DNA of 32,079 nucleotides from a virus (lineage: Duplodnaviria; Caudoviricetes): IMG/VR virus record IMGVR_UViG_3300037631_001784, positions 1-32,079 of that record; one strand, 5' to 3'. Positions 25,060 through 32,079 of this stretch are shown here, in pieces. Within the stretch, counting starts at the first letter, position 1. Every line of letters starts with the position of its first letter. The translations under genes were made by a program, and so were the position numbers. Under the pieces are notes generated by a model, which saw nothing but the letters and a program-made list of their open reading frames with translations, searched no databases and was not told the origin of the DNA.

Positions 25060-25860
25060 ATGGCTGAAACAGCAGTAGCAGAAAAGAATACAACAGCAAT
25101 CGCAAACATCATGGATGATTTGTATGAATCAGCAGGCCAAGGTCGTGAGGCTATCGGTGCAGAGGATATGCAGATACCATTCTTGCGCATCCTTCAACCG
25201 CTATCACCACAGCTTTTGAAGACGGACCCTAAGTTTATTAAGGGTGCGTCAGCAGGTGACCTGTTTAACACAGTGACAGGTGATTACTGGGAAGCAGACT
25301 CCGGCGTTAAAGTTTTAGTTTGCGCGTTCCAGACTAAGTTCCTTGAGTTCGGTCTCCGTGAAAGCGGTGGTGGGTTCATGGGTGAACTGGATCCAAACAG
25401 CCCAGACATTCGTCAGACCACACGCAATGGTGCTAATGAAATGCTACCTAGTGGCAACGAGTTAGTACGCTCCGCTCAATATCTAGTGCTTGCATATGAC
25501 GCTGATGGTATGACCAGCCAGCTAGTGTGCGACATGAAGAAGACACAGATGAAAGTGTCTAAGCAGTGGAACACCAGACGCAATGGCCTGAAGGTCATGC
25601 ACCCAACCAAGGGGTTGTTCAATCCTCCAACATGGGCAACCCCCTGGACTCTTACTACTGTGCAGGAGTCTAACGACAAAGGTTCGTGGTTCAACTTCGC
25701 AGTCACCCAAGGTGAGATGACTGATGTACCAATGGATGTGCTTCAAGAAGCGAAGCAGATGTACCAAGACTTCAAGGCGGGTGACATTAAAACGAGTGCC
25801 GCTACTTCAGATGAGATGCGTTCAGCCAATCCATCTGACGGGGACGACGTACCGTTTTAA
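25060..25860 (+). CDS. Putative single-stranded DNA-binding protein (266 aa)
   Basis: DMQIPFLRILQPLSP, NDKGSWF, acidic tail ending DDVPF typical of SSBs. Confidence 0.7.
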   Translation: MAETAVAEKNTTAIANIMDDLYESAGQGREAIGAEDMQIPFLRILQPLSPQLLKTDPKFIKGASAGDLFNTVTGDYWEADSGVKVLVCAFQTKFLEFGLRESGGGFMGELDPNSPDIRQTTRNGANEMLPSGNELVRSAQYLVLAYDADGMTSQLVCDMKKTQMKVSKQWNTRRNGLKVMHPTKGLFNPPTWATPWTLTTVQESNDKGSWFNFAVTQGEMTDVPMDVLQEAKQMYQDFKAGDIKTSAATSDEMRSANPSDGDDVPF

Positions 25861-25867
25861 AAAAGTT

Positions 25868-25901
25868 GGAGCAGGGTCTAGGTATAAACTAACCCTGCTC
25901 C
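25868..25901. other. Intergenic stem-loop between SSB-like and primase genes
   Basis: GGAGCAGGGT (25868-25877) / ACCCTGCTCC (25892-25901); a T-run follows only on the minus strand. Confidence 0.6.
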
Positions 25902-25927
25902 TCCCTTACCTGTTGGAGTAATAGTAG

Positions 25928-27460
25928 ATGAACCAAGCTACACGGTTCATGGCTGCATTTGAGGGGTTCAGTGCGGCACATGGACAGACACAAATATCAG
26001 AAGAGAGACGGGCCGGTAAGCAAAAGGCTAAGTCTTTTATCGTTCGTAAACCTCTCACTATAGAATTAATTGTATCTCACCTCGAAGGTAAAAGCGGGGT
26101 GGGTTCTATCCCAATTAACGAAGAGAATAAGTGTAGGTTCGGGGCACTGGACATAGACCAGTATCCGTTAGACCTTGTTGCTCTGGATAAGAAGCTACAA
26201 GACCTTGAGATACCTTGTGTGACCTGCCGCTCTAAGTCTGGTGGCGCGCACATATTCTTTTTCTTTACAGAGTATATGAGTGCAGGAGTCTTCCGTGACA
26301 AAGCATCTGAGGTTGCATCGTATCTGGGGTACGGTGGCTGTGAGATATTCCCAAAGCAAGAAGAGATTCTTGTCGAGCGTGGTGATGTTGGCAACTTTAT
26401 TAACCTTCCGTACTTTGATTCGGAACAGACGATGCGCTATGCACTTCTTGCTAACGGCGAAGAAGCAGACTTAACAGAGTTTCTAGATCTAGTCGAAGAA
26501 CGTAGGATAACTCCCAAAGCTTTTACAGACCTAACATTCGGTGAGCCTGTCGATGAGTTTGCAGACTGGTCACCATGCCTGTCATGCATGTTCGCACAAG
26601 GTATACCCGAAGGCACCCGCAACACTGTAATGTTTGCGGCGGCGGTAGGCTGTAAGAAAGAACAACCAGAGAAGTGGAAAGAACGCCTTGAAGAAATCAA
26701 CAACAAGTATGCTTCACCACCTTTGCCAGCTTCTGAGATCGTTGTCATACAGTCTCAGCACGAGAAGAAAGAGTATGGATTTCCGTGTGATCAGGAACCG
26801 CTAAAGTCTTTCTGCAACAAGAGCCTGTGTAAGACAAAGAAGTTTGGTATTGGTAGCCACGTTGCTCATGTAGACATAACGGGTTTGTGTGTTGTCAAGT
26901 CAGAGCCTCCCGTTTGGTTCTGTGATGTGGCTGGTCAACGGGTTGAACTTACAACTGATGACTTGCAAACACCGCAGAAGTTTCAAAAGGCTTGCATGGA
27001 ACAGATACATGTGATGCCGCCACTGCAGAAGGTAGGCGACTGGCAAGAGCTTGTTGGCGTAATGATGCAGGACATGAGTGAGATAGAGGTGCCAGAAGAA
27101 CTAACATACAAGGGTCAGTTCATGGACCTTCTTGAGTCTTACTGTGATGGCAGGGTGCAGGCTCAGTCAGCCGAAGAGATATCTATTGGCAAGCCGTTTA
27201 CTGACGAAGAAGAGGGTCTTACATACTTTAAGCTTGAGTCTTTGATTAAGTTCCTGCGAGGTCATAAGTTTGACAGCTATAGCCGAGGTCAGATACAGGA
27301 GCGGTTGAAAGAACTTAATGGCAGTAATGTAGCTAACGGTCAAAAGAGATTTGATACAACAGCAGGGGGCACCAAACCTTTACGAGTTTGGTGGGTGCCT
27401 TCCTTCAGTTCCGAGGTCCAAGTTCCGGGGATCGAGATTGAAAGTGAGGTGCCCTTCTAA
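25928..27460 (+). CDS. Archaeo-eukaryotic-type primase with a PriCT-like domain (510 aa)
   Basis: ALDID (motif I), RSKSGGAH (II), EIFPK, GNFINLPY, PC...EGTRN, Cys cluster C...FCNKSLC; no P-loop helicase seen. Confidence 0.85.
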   Translation: MNQATRFMAAFEGFSAAHGQTQISEERRAGKQKAKSFIVRKPLTIELIVSHLEGKSGVGSIPINEENKCRFGALDIDQYPLDLVALDKKLQDLEIPCVTCRSKSGGAHIFFFFTEYMSAGVFRDKASEVASYLGYGGCEIFPKQEEILVERGDVGNFINLPYFDSEQTMRYALLANGEEADLTEFLDLVEERRITPKAFTDLTFGEPVDEFADWSPCLSCMFAQGIPEGTRNTVMFAAAVGCKKEQPEKWKERLEEINNKYASPPLPASEIVVIQSQHEKKEYGFPCDQEPLKSFCNKSLCKTKKFGIGSHVAHVDITGLCVVKSEPPVWFCDVAGQRVELTTDDLQTPQKFQKACMEQIHVMPPLQKVGDWQELVGVMMQDMSEIEVPEELTYKGQFMDLLESYCDGRVQAQSAEEISIGKPFTDEEEGLTYFKLESLIKFLRGHKFDSYSRGQIQERLKELNGSNVANGQKRFDTTAGGTKPLRVWWVPSFSSEVQVPGIEIESEVPF

Positions 27461-28974
27461 TGCAGACAACTATCTTTGGTCCCCCAGGAACGGGCAAAAC
27501 AACAACGCTTATTAATATTGTTAAGCAGGAGCTTGATAATGGGACTAAGCCTGAGAACATTGCGTTCGTATCCTTCAGCCGTAAGGCGGCGGAGGAAGCG
27601 CGTGATCGTTCAGCGGCGGCTCTAAACATGGGCTCGGACCAGATGGTGTGGTTCCGCACTTTACATAGCTTCGCGTTTCAGAACATAGGTATTGGAAACA
27701 GGCAGGTTTTGAAGGGCTCTGACTATAACCAACTGGGTCGGCTGTTAGGCTTAGAGTTTGCTTCTAACTCTTCTCTCACTATGGCTGATGGTAATCTATT
27801 CAGCAGTGGTAAGGGAGGAGATGCTTACCTATCCTTGATACAGTTAGCACGGGTTCGAGGAGTCAGTCTTGAGCAGCAGTTTAATGATGCCAATGACAGA
27901 AGACTTTACTTTCAGCAGTTGAAGGTTGTTAATCAGGTGTTGCAAGATTACAAGCGCGACACAGGCAAGATAGATTTTGTAGATATGATTGAGAGGTTCA
28001 TAGACGAGGGGGATTCTCCCCTGCTTGATGTGCTTATTGTTGATGAGGCACAGGACCTAGCACCTATGCAGTGGAAGATGATACACGATGTGATGAAGCC
28101 ACGGGCCAAGCGGGTTTACTTTGCTGGTGATGATGACCAGTGTATCTATTCTTGGATGGGCGTAAACGTAAAAGACTTTCTTAACGCTTCAGATAATAAA
28201 ACAATTCTCCATAAATCATATCGGCTTCCTGAAACTATCCACGCTCTTGCAGAAGGTTTGGTAAGTCAACTAGGTACACGGCAGGAAAAGATATGGATGC
28301 CGAAAGAGGAGTCTGGAGTTGTAGTTTGGCACCATGATATGCTTGGGTTAGACCTAACCAATGGCGAGTGGCTAATCCTTGCACGAACGAACTACATCGC
28401 AAACAAGATTGCAACAGATCTCAAAGAGCAGGGGTACTTGTTCTGGCGTGAAGGTTCCGGTTGGTCTATCTCACCAAATGTATTAACTGGAATCGAGGTT
28501 TGGCTAAAGCTATGCAAAGGAACACATCTTTCTGCGACGGAACTGAAGACGTTATCTACATTATTAAAATCGGATATCGTGACCAAAACTGGAAGACGGA
28601 AGCTTGCCACGCTCGACAGCGAACTAACTTACAATCTCGAAAGCATAAGAGAGAACTTTACTACGAACGTCTCCGTCGAGATGCCGTGGTACGATGTGCT
28701 GAAAGTTTCAGAGAGGGAGAGAATATATATTTCCTCAGTGAGACGGATGGGCGAGAAGATCCTAACGAACAAGCCGAGGATCAAGATATCGACGATCCAC
28801 AAAGCAAAGGGTGGCGAAGCGGATAACGTCGCCCTACTGCTAGACTCCTCCAAGCCATGTGCTGAAAGCCCTGATCAGGACTCCGAGATACGGACGTTCT
28901 ACGTTGGGGCTACTCGTGCCAAGAAAGCACTGCACATTATCGAATCACAATCAATGTATGGATTTAAACTATGA
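27460..28974 (+). CDS. UvrD/Rep-like SF1 helicase (504 aa)
   Basis: GPPGTGKT, FRTLHS, VDEAQD, GDDDQCIY, SYR, STIHKAKGGE, YVGATRAK. Confidence 0.95.
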   Translation: MQTTIFGPPGTGKTTTLINIVKQELDNGTKPENIAFVSFSRKAAEEARDRSAAALNMGSDQMVWFRTLHSFAFQNIGIGNRQVLKGSDYNQLGRLLGLEFASNSSLTMADGNLFSSGKGGDAYLSLIQLARVRGVSLEQQFNDANDRRLYFQQLKVVNQVLQDYKRDTGKIDFVDMIERFIDEGDSPLLDVLIVDEAQDLAPMQWKMIHDVMKPRAKRVYFAGDDDQCIYSWMGVNVKDFLNASDNKTILHKSYRLPETIHALAEGLVSQLGTRQEKIWMPKEESGVVVWHHDMLGLDLTNGEWLILARTNYIANKIATDLKEQGYLFWREGSGWSISPNVLTGIEVWLKLCKGTHLSATELKTLSTLLKSDIVTKTGRRKLATLDSELTYNLESIRENFTTNVSVEMPWYDVLKVSERERIYISSVRRMGEKILTNKPRIKISTIHKAKGGEADNVALLLDSSKPCAESPDQDSEIRTFYVGATRAKKALHIIESQSMYGFKL

Positions 28975-29243
28975 AAGACCGACAGCACTTTATCGACACC
29001 GCCGCAGAGTTAATCAATGGGCCGAGGGCCAAGGATTACGGGCCGGCTAAGTTTAACCATGAGCGTATCGCTACTATATGGAGCGTCATACTTAACAGAG
29101 CGGTGACTGCAGAACAGGTAGCGGCTTGCATGATTGGTGTTAAGCTGGCTCGTCTGGCAGAGGATATTACCAAAGATGATTCATGGGTAGACATCATTGG
29201 ATACGCGGCCTTGGGCGGTGAGATTGTAAACGACGATGAGTGA
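28971..29243 (+). CDS. DUF6378-like protein (90 aa)
   Basis: INGPRAKDYG...NHERIA..W...M...KLAR...DSWVDIIGYAAL. Confidence 0.8.
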   Translation: MKDRQHFIDTAAELINGPRAKDYGPAKFNHERIATIWSVILNRAVTAEQVAACMIGVKLARLAEDITKDDSWVDIIGYAALGGEIVNDDE

Positions 29244-31152
29244 GGGTTATCAAATGGACATCCTAGACTTAGACATGCAAGATGCTGCTATCCAAGGAAC
29301 GGAAAAGCAATGGGTTCCGCCGTCTTCTTTCCCAGACTTAACCAGTCAAGAGCGTATCGCCATTGACCTTGAGACACGGGACCCGAACATCAAGACATTA
29401 GGGCCGGGCTGGTGTAGAGATGATGGCTACATCATTGGGGTAGCTATTGCGGCGGGAGATTTCCAAGGGTACTTTCCTATCCGGCATGAGAGCGGCGAGA
29501 ACTTCTCACAGAAGAAAGTCTTTGCTTGGCTGAAGAAACAGATGGAGACACCTCATATTGAGAAGGTCATGCACAATGCGATGTATGACCTTGGCTGGTT
29601 GCGCTGGGCCGGGATCGAGGTTCAAGGTTCGATAGTCGATACCATGATAGCCGCTCCCCTGCTGAACGAGAACCGGATGTATTACAACCTAGACTCTTTG
29701 GCTCGTGAGTATCTGAGTGAGCGTAAGGATGAGAAGATTCTGAAAGCTGCGGCCTCTGCCTTTGGTGTGGATCCAAAGGGCGGGATGTGGCGGCTACCGT
29801 CTCACTTAGTCGGGGCATATGCAGAACAGGATGCCGCTGTGACCCTGAGACTTTGGGACAGGTTACGCGCTGACATGATTAAGGATGAATGCACTGGTAT
29901 ATTCCAGCTTGAGTCAAGCCTGATGCCTGTGCTTCTGGACATGAAGACGAATGGTGTGCGGGTTGACATAGATAAAGCAGAGCAGGCGCGGACAGAATTA
30001 CTGCGCAGAGAAAAAGAATTAACGGAGGATGTGCGGAAAGACACGGGCGTAACTATCGAACCGTGGGTCGCTACATCTATAGCAAAGGCGTTTGATGCCG
30101 TCGGGCTGTCGTATGATAGGACAGAAAAAACTGGGGTTCCCGCCTTTACAAAACAGTTTCTTGCGAACCATGAGAATCCTCTGGCACAGAAGATTGTAAA
30201 GATTAGAGAGTTTAACAAGGCCAACACAACCTTTATCGAAACCATTCTTGAGCACTCTCATAAGGGGCGTATTCATTGTGACTTTAATCCTTTGCGTTCC
30301 GACGAGGGTGGCACTGTAACGGGTAGATTCTCTTCAAGTAACCCGAACCTACAGCAGATCCCGGCACGGGACCCTGAGATCAAAGCAATGATCCGAGGAC
30401 TGTTCATACCAGAAGAGGGGTGCAAGTGGGGCTCATTCGACTATGCGTCACAAGAACCACGCTGGCTTGCTCACTATTGTTCTACATTAAAAGGCGTACA
30501 CCGTCACCCTCAGATTGATGAAGTAGTTCAGATGTACCACGATGGCAATGCTGACTTTCACCAAATGGTTGCAGACATAGCAGGTATTTCTCGTAAGCAG
30601 GCTAAGACTGTTAACCTTGGTATCATGTACGGTATGGGCAGGGGTAAGCTGGCTGGCGTGATGGACATCACTGATGAAGAGGCAAAAGAACTTCTTGCTA
30701 AGTATCATGACCGGGTGCCGTTTGTTAAAGGTATGGCTGACATGACTATGCGTAGAGCAGAAGAGGTTGGGCATATCAGAACGTGGCTGGGACGGAAGTG
30801 TCGCTTCAATATGTGGCAACCTAAGTCATACGGCTACAGCAAGCCTATGCCGCTAGAGGCGGCGGCAAAAGAATATGGCGGTAAGGCGGCAATCAAACGT
30901 GCCTTTACATACAAAGCTTTGAACAGACTAATCCAAGGTTCAAGTGCCGACCAAACAAAGAAGGCGATGGTGGACTGCTATGCAGAGGGATTAACTCCAA
31001 TGCTGACAGTGCATGACGAATTGTGCTTTAATATAGAAAGCAAGGAACAGGCCGAACGGGTAGCTGAAATCATGACCACCTGTGTACCAAACCTAAATAT
31101 ACCGTTCGAGGTAGACACAGCGCTGGTTGATAACTGGGGGGAAGTAGAGTGA
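29236..31152 (+). CDS. polA: Family A DNA polymerase with 3'-5' exonuclease (638 aa), Leu762 type
   Basis: ExoI DLET, ExoII HNAMYD, ExoIII YAEQD; TGRFSSSNPNLQQIP; motif A DYASQE; motif B RKQAKTVNLGIMYG; motif C VHDE. Confidence 0.97.
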   Translation: MSEGYQMDILDLDMQDAAIQGTEKQWVPPSSFPDLTSQERIAIDLETRDPNIKTLGPGWCRDDGYIIGVAIAAGDFQGYFPIRHESGENFSQKKVFAWLKKQMETPHIEKVMHNAMYDLGWLRWAGIEVQGSIVDTMIAAPLLNENRMYYNLDSLAREYLSERKDEKILKAAASAFGVDPKGGMWRLPSHLVGAYAEQDAAVTLRLWDRLRADMIKDECTGIFQLESSLMPVLLDMKTNGVRVDIDKAEQARTELLRREKELTEDVRKDTGVTIEPWVATSIAKAFDAVGLSYDRTEKTGVPAFTKQFLANHENPLAQKIVKIREFNKANTTFIETILEHSHKGRIHCDFNPLRSDEGGTVTGRFSSSNPNLQQIPARDPEIKAMIRGLFIPEEGCKWGSFDYASQEPRWLAHYCSTLKGVHRHPQIDEVVQMYHDGNADFHQMVADIAGISRKQAKTVNLGIMYGMGRGKLAGVMDITDEEAKELLAKYHDRVPFVKGMADMTMRRAEEVGHIRTWLGRKCRFNMWQPKSYGYSKPMPLEAAAKEYGGKAAIKRAFTYKALNRLIQGSSADQTKKAMVDCYAEGLTPMLTVHDELCFNIESKEQAERVAEIMTTCVPNLNIPFEVDTALVDNWGEVE

Positions 31153-31307
31153 AGTGCTGGCATTGTGAACACGAACTTATCTGGGGCGGCGACCATGATC
31201 AGGAAGACGATGATGGCAAACAGTTCATCGAATCTAATCTGTCCTGCCCTAACTGCGAAGCCTTCTACCTAGTCTACTTGCCCGTAGGAGGAGTGGAAGA
31301 TGTTTGA
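31149..31307 (+). CDS. Small Zn-finger protein (52 aa), not in the ORF track
   Basis: GTGA coupling to polA; MKCWHCEHELIWGGDHD...LSCPNC. Confidence 0.75.
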   Translation: MKCWHCEHELIWGGDHDQEDDDGKQFIESNLSCPNCEAFYLVYLPVGGVEDV

Positions 31308-31506
31308 TGTATTTCTAACAGCCTGTCATTTAATAATTACAACTGAGTGTATGACTATAGAGAACACTAGAGGTCCTTACGAAAAGAGGATTGACTGTCT
31401 GGCTCGAATGAATGAGATGTCTGATGACGCAAGAGCCATGTTTACCAGAATGAAACTGCCATATGTGATAGTAAAACGCGAATGTCGTGGACCTCAAGCT
31501 GCATAG
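31300..31506 (+). CDS. Small Cys-containing protein (68 aa)
   Basis: AGGAGG RBS; hydrophobic N-terminus, four Cys, RGPY motif. Confidence 0.7.
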   Translation: MFDVFLTACHLIITTECMTIENTRGPYEKRIDCLARMNEMSDDARAMFTRMKLPYVIVKRECRGPQAA

Positions 31507-31559
31507 GTACGTCTACCCGCAACGAGCGGCCTGAGAATCGATGTTTTTATTTAAGTAAA

Positions 31560-31715
31560 TCAGTCACTTGGAGAACAGGTCTCTCCTTGGCAACAGTCGT
31601 AAATTACCTGACCACAGGTGACACATTGCTCATGACCATGCACGAATATAGTTCTTAGCTCCTCACCACAGCGGTCACACCTCTTGCAGTGGCGTTTCAC
31701 CTCAGTCTTCTCCAT
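31560..31715 (-). CDS. Small Cys-rich Zn-ribbon protein (51 aa), not in the ORF track
   Basis: MEKTEVKRHCKRCDRCGEELRTIFVHGHEQCVTCGQVIYDCCQGETCSPSD; overlaps the lysozyme stop; exact start uncertain. Confidence 0.7.
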   Translation of the reverse strand: MEKTEVKRHCKRCDRCGEELRTIFVHGHEQCVTCGQVIYDCCQGETCSPSD

Positions 31716-32079
31716 CTGCCAACGCCCTCATCCGTGATACCAAACGTCTTGCGCGGTTCGGGACCTGAGTATACCAACGGCTGTCAACCATCTGGTCTGC
31801 CGCCTCATTCCAGTCACGCGCATCAACACCAGCCTTCATGCCTTTGAACTTTGATAGGCGGGGCCGACCCATGTTAAACATCATGTTGGCAATAATTTTC
31901 TGACACTCGTCTGGTAAATCGGCAAAGTCAGAGTATAAGGTCATACAGTCATCAATCGTAACAGCCATATCTAGATTGAATACTTGCTGTACCCGCTCTT
32001 GCTCAATGACTGTGCCAACTTCTTTGCCGTACTCTTTGTCTTCTTTGGTAATGAGATGACCTATGCCGAATGTAGGTAG
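31702..32079 (-). CDS. T4-like lysozyme / endolysin (GH24), 5' end outside the window
   Basis: Frame open to the edge: PTFGIGHL...NMMFNMG...F...WNEAA...SRWYTQVPNRARR, matching T4 lysozyme motifs. Confidence 0.92.
   Translation of the reverse strand, partial: LPTFGIGHLITKEDKEYGKEVGTVIEQERVQQVFNLDMAVTIDDCMTLYSDFADLPDECQKIIANMMFNMGRPRLSKFKGMKAGVDARDWNEAADQMVDSRWYTQVPNRARRLVSRMRALADGED

Noticed and set aside
29236-31152. HMO-2011-type polymerase, or an intein/intron in polA
   Set aside because: No fused primase or DnaJ-like CxxCxGxG region; motifs are contiguous and the length is normal.
1-32079. tRNA genes, integrase/attP, reverse transcriptase (DGR or retron), stop-codon recoding
   Set aside because: No cloverleaf, recombinase or RT motifs noticed by eye; genes are intact in the standard code and use TAA, TAG and TGA as stops.

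Overview
A 32-kb piece of a tailed dsDNA bacteriophage genome, with no host genes, tRNA, rRNA, CRISPR or integrase seen. Bases 1-13.8 kb (minus strand) hold a head and packaging operon: TerL, a 975-aa putative internal/ejected protein, portal, four small membrane proteins, small Gly-rich proteins, a Cys-rich HiPIP-like protein, GroES, scaffold, putative capsid decoration protein and major capsid protein. Bases 13.8-16 kb are a plus-strand island of two promoter-plus-gene cassettes bounded by short GC-rich repeats; it separates TerL from the resolvase-like and TerS genes. An origin-like iteron/AT-rich element (about 16.93-17.05 kb) precedes a run of small early genes. The replication module follows: SNF2 helicase, antisense PD-(D/E)XK nuclease, a 47-aa ribbon-helix-helix (RHH) protein missing from the ORF track, SSB-like protein, AEP primase, UvrD helicase, DUF6378-like protein and a Leu762-type DNA polymerase A. 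A T4-like lysozyme runs off the right end. From memory, the gene set resembles marine HTVC023P/CRP-810-like phages of Alphaproteobacteria; this was not searched. The most unusual signals are the repeat-delimited cassette island, a TATCWGATA box at four candidate promoters with a candidate RHH regulator, the iteron element, and the HiPIP-like gene in the virion operon. All family assignments come from motifs read by eye.
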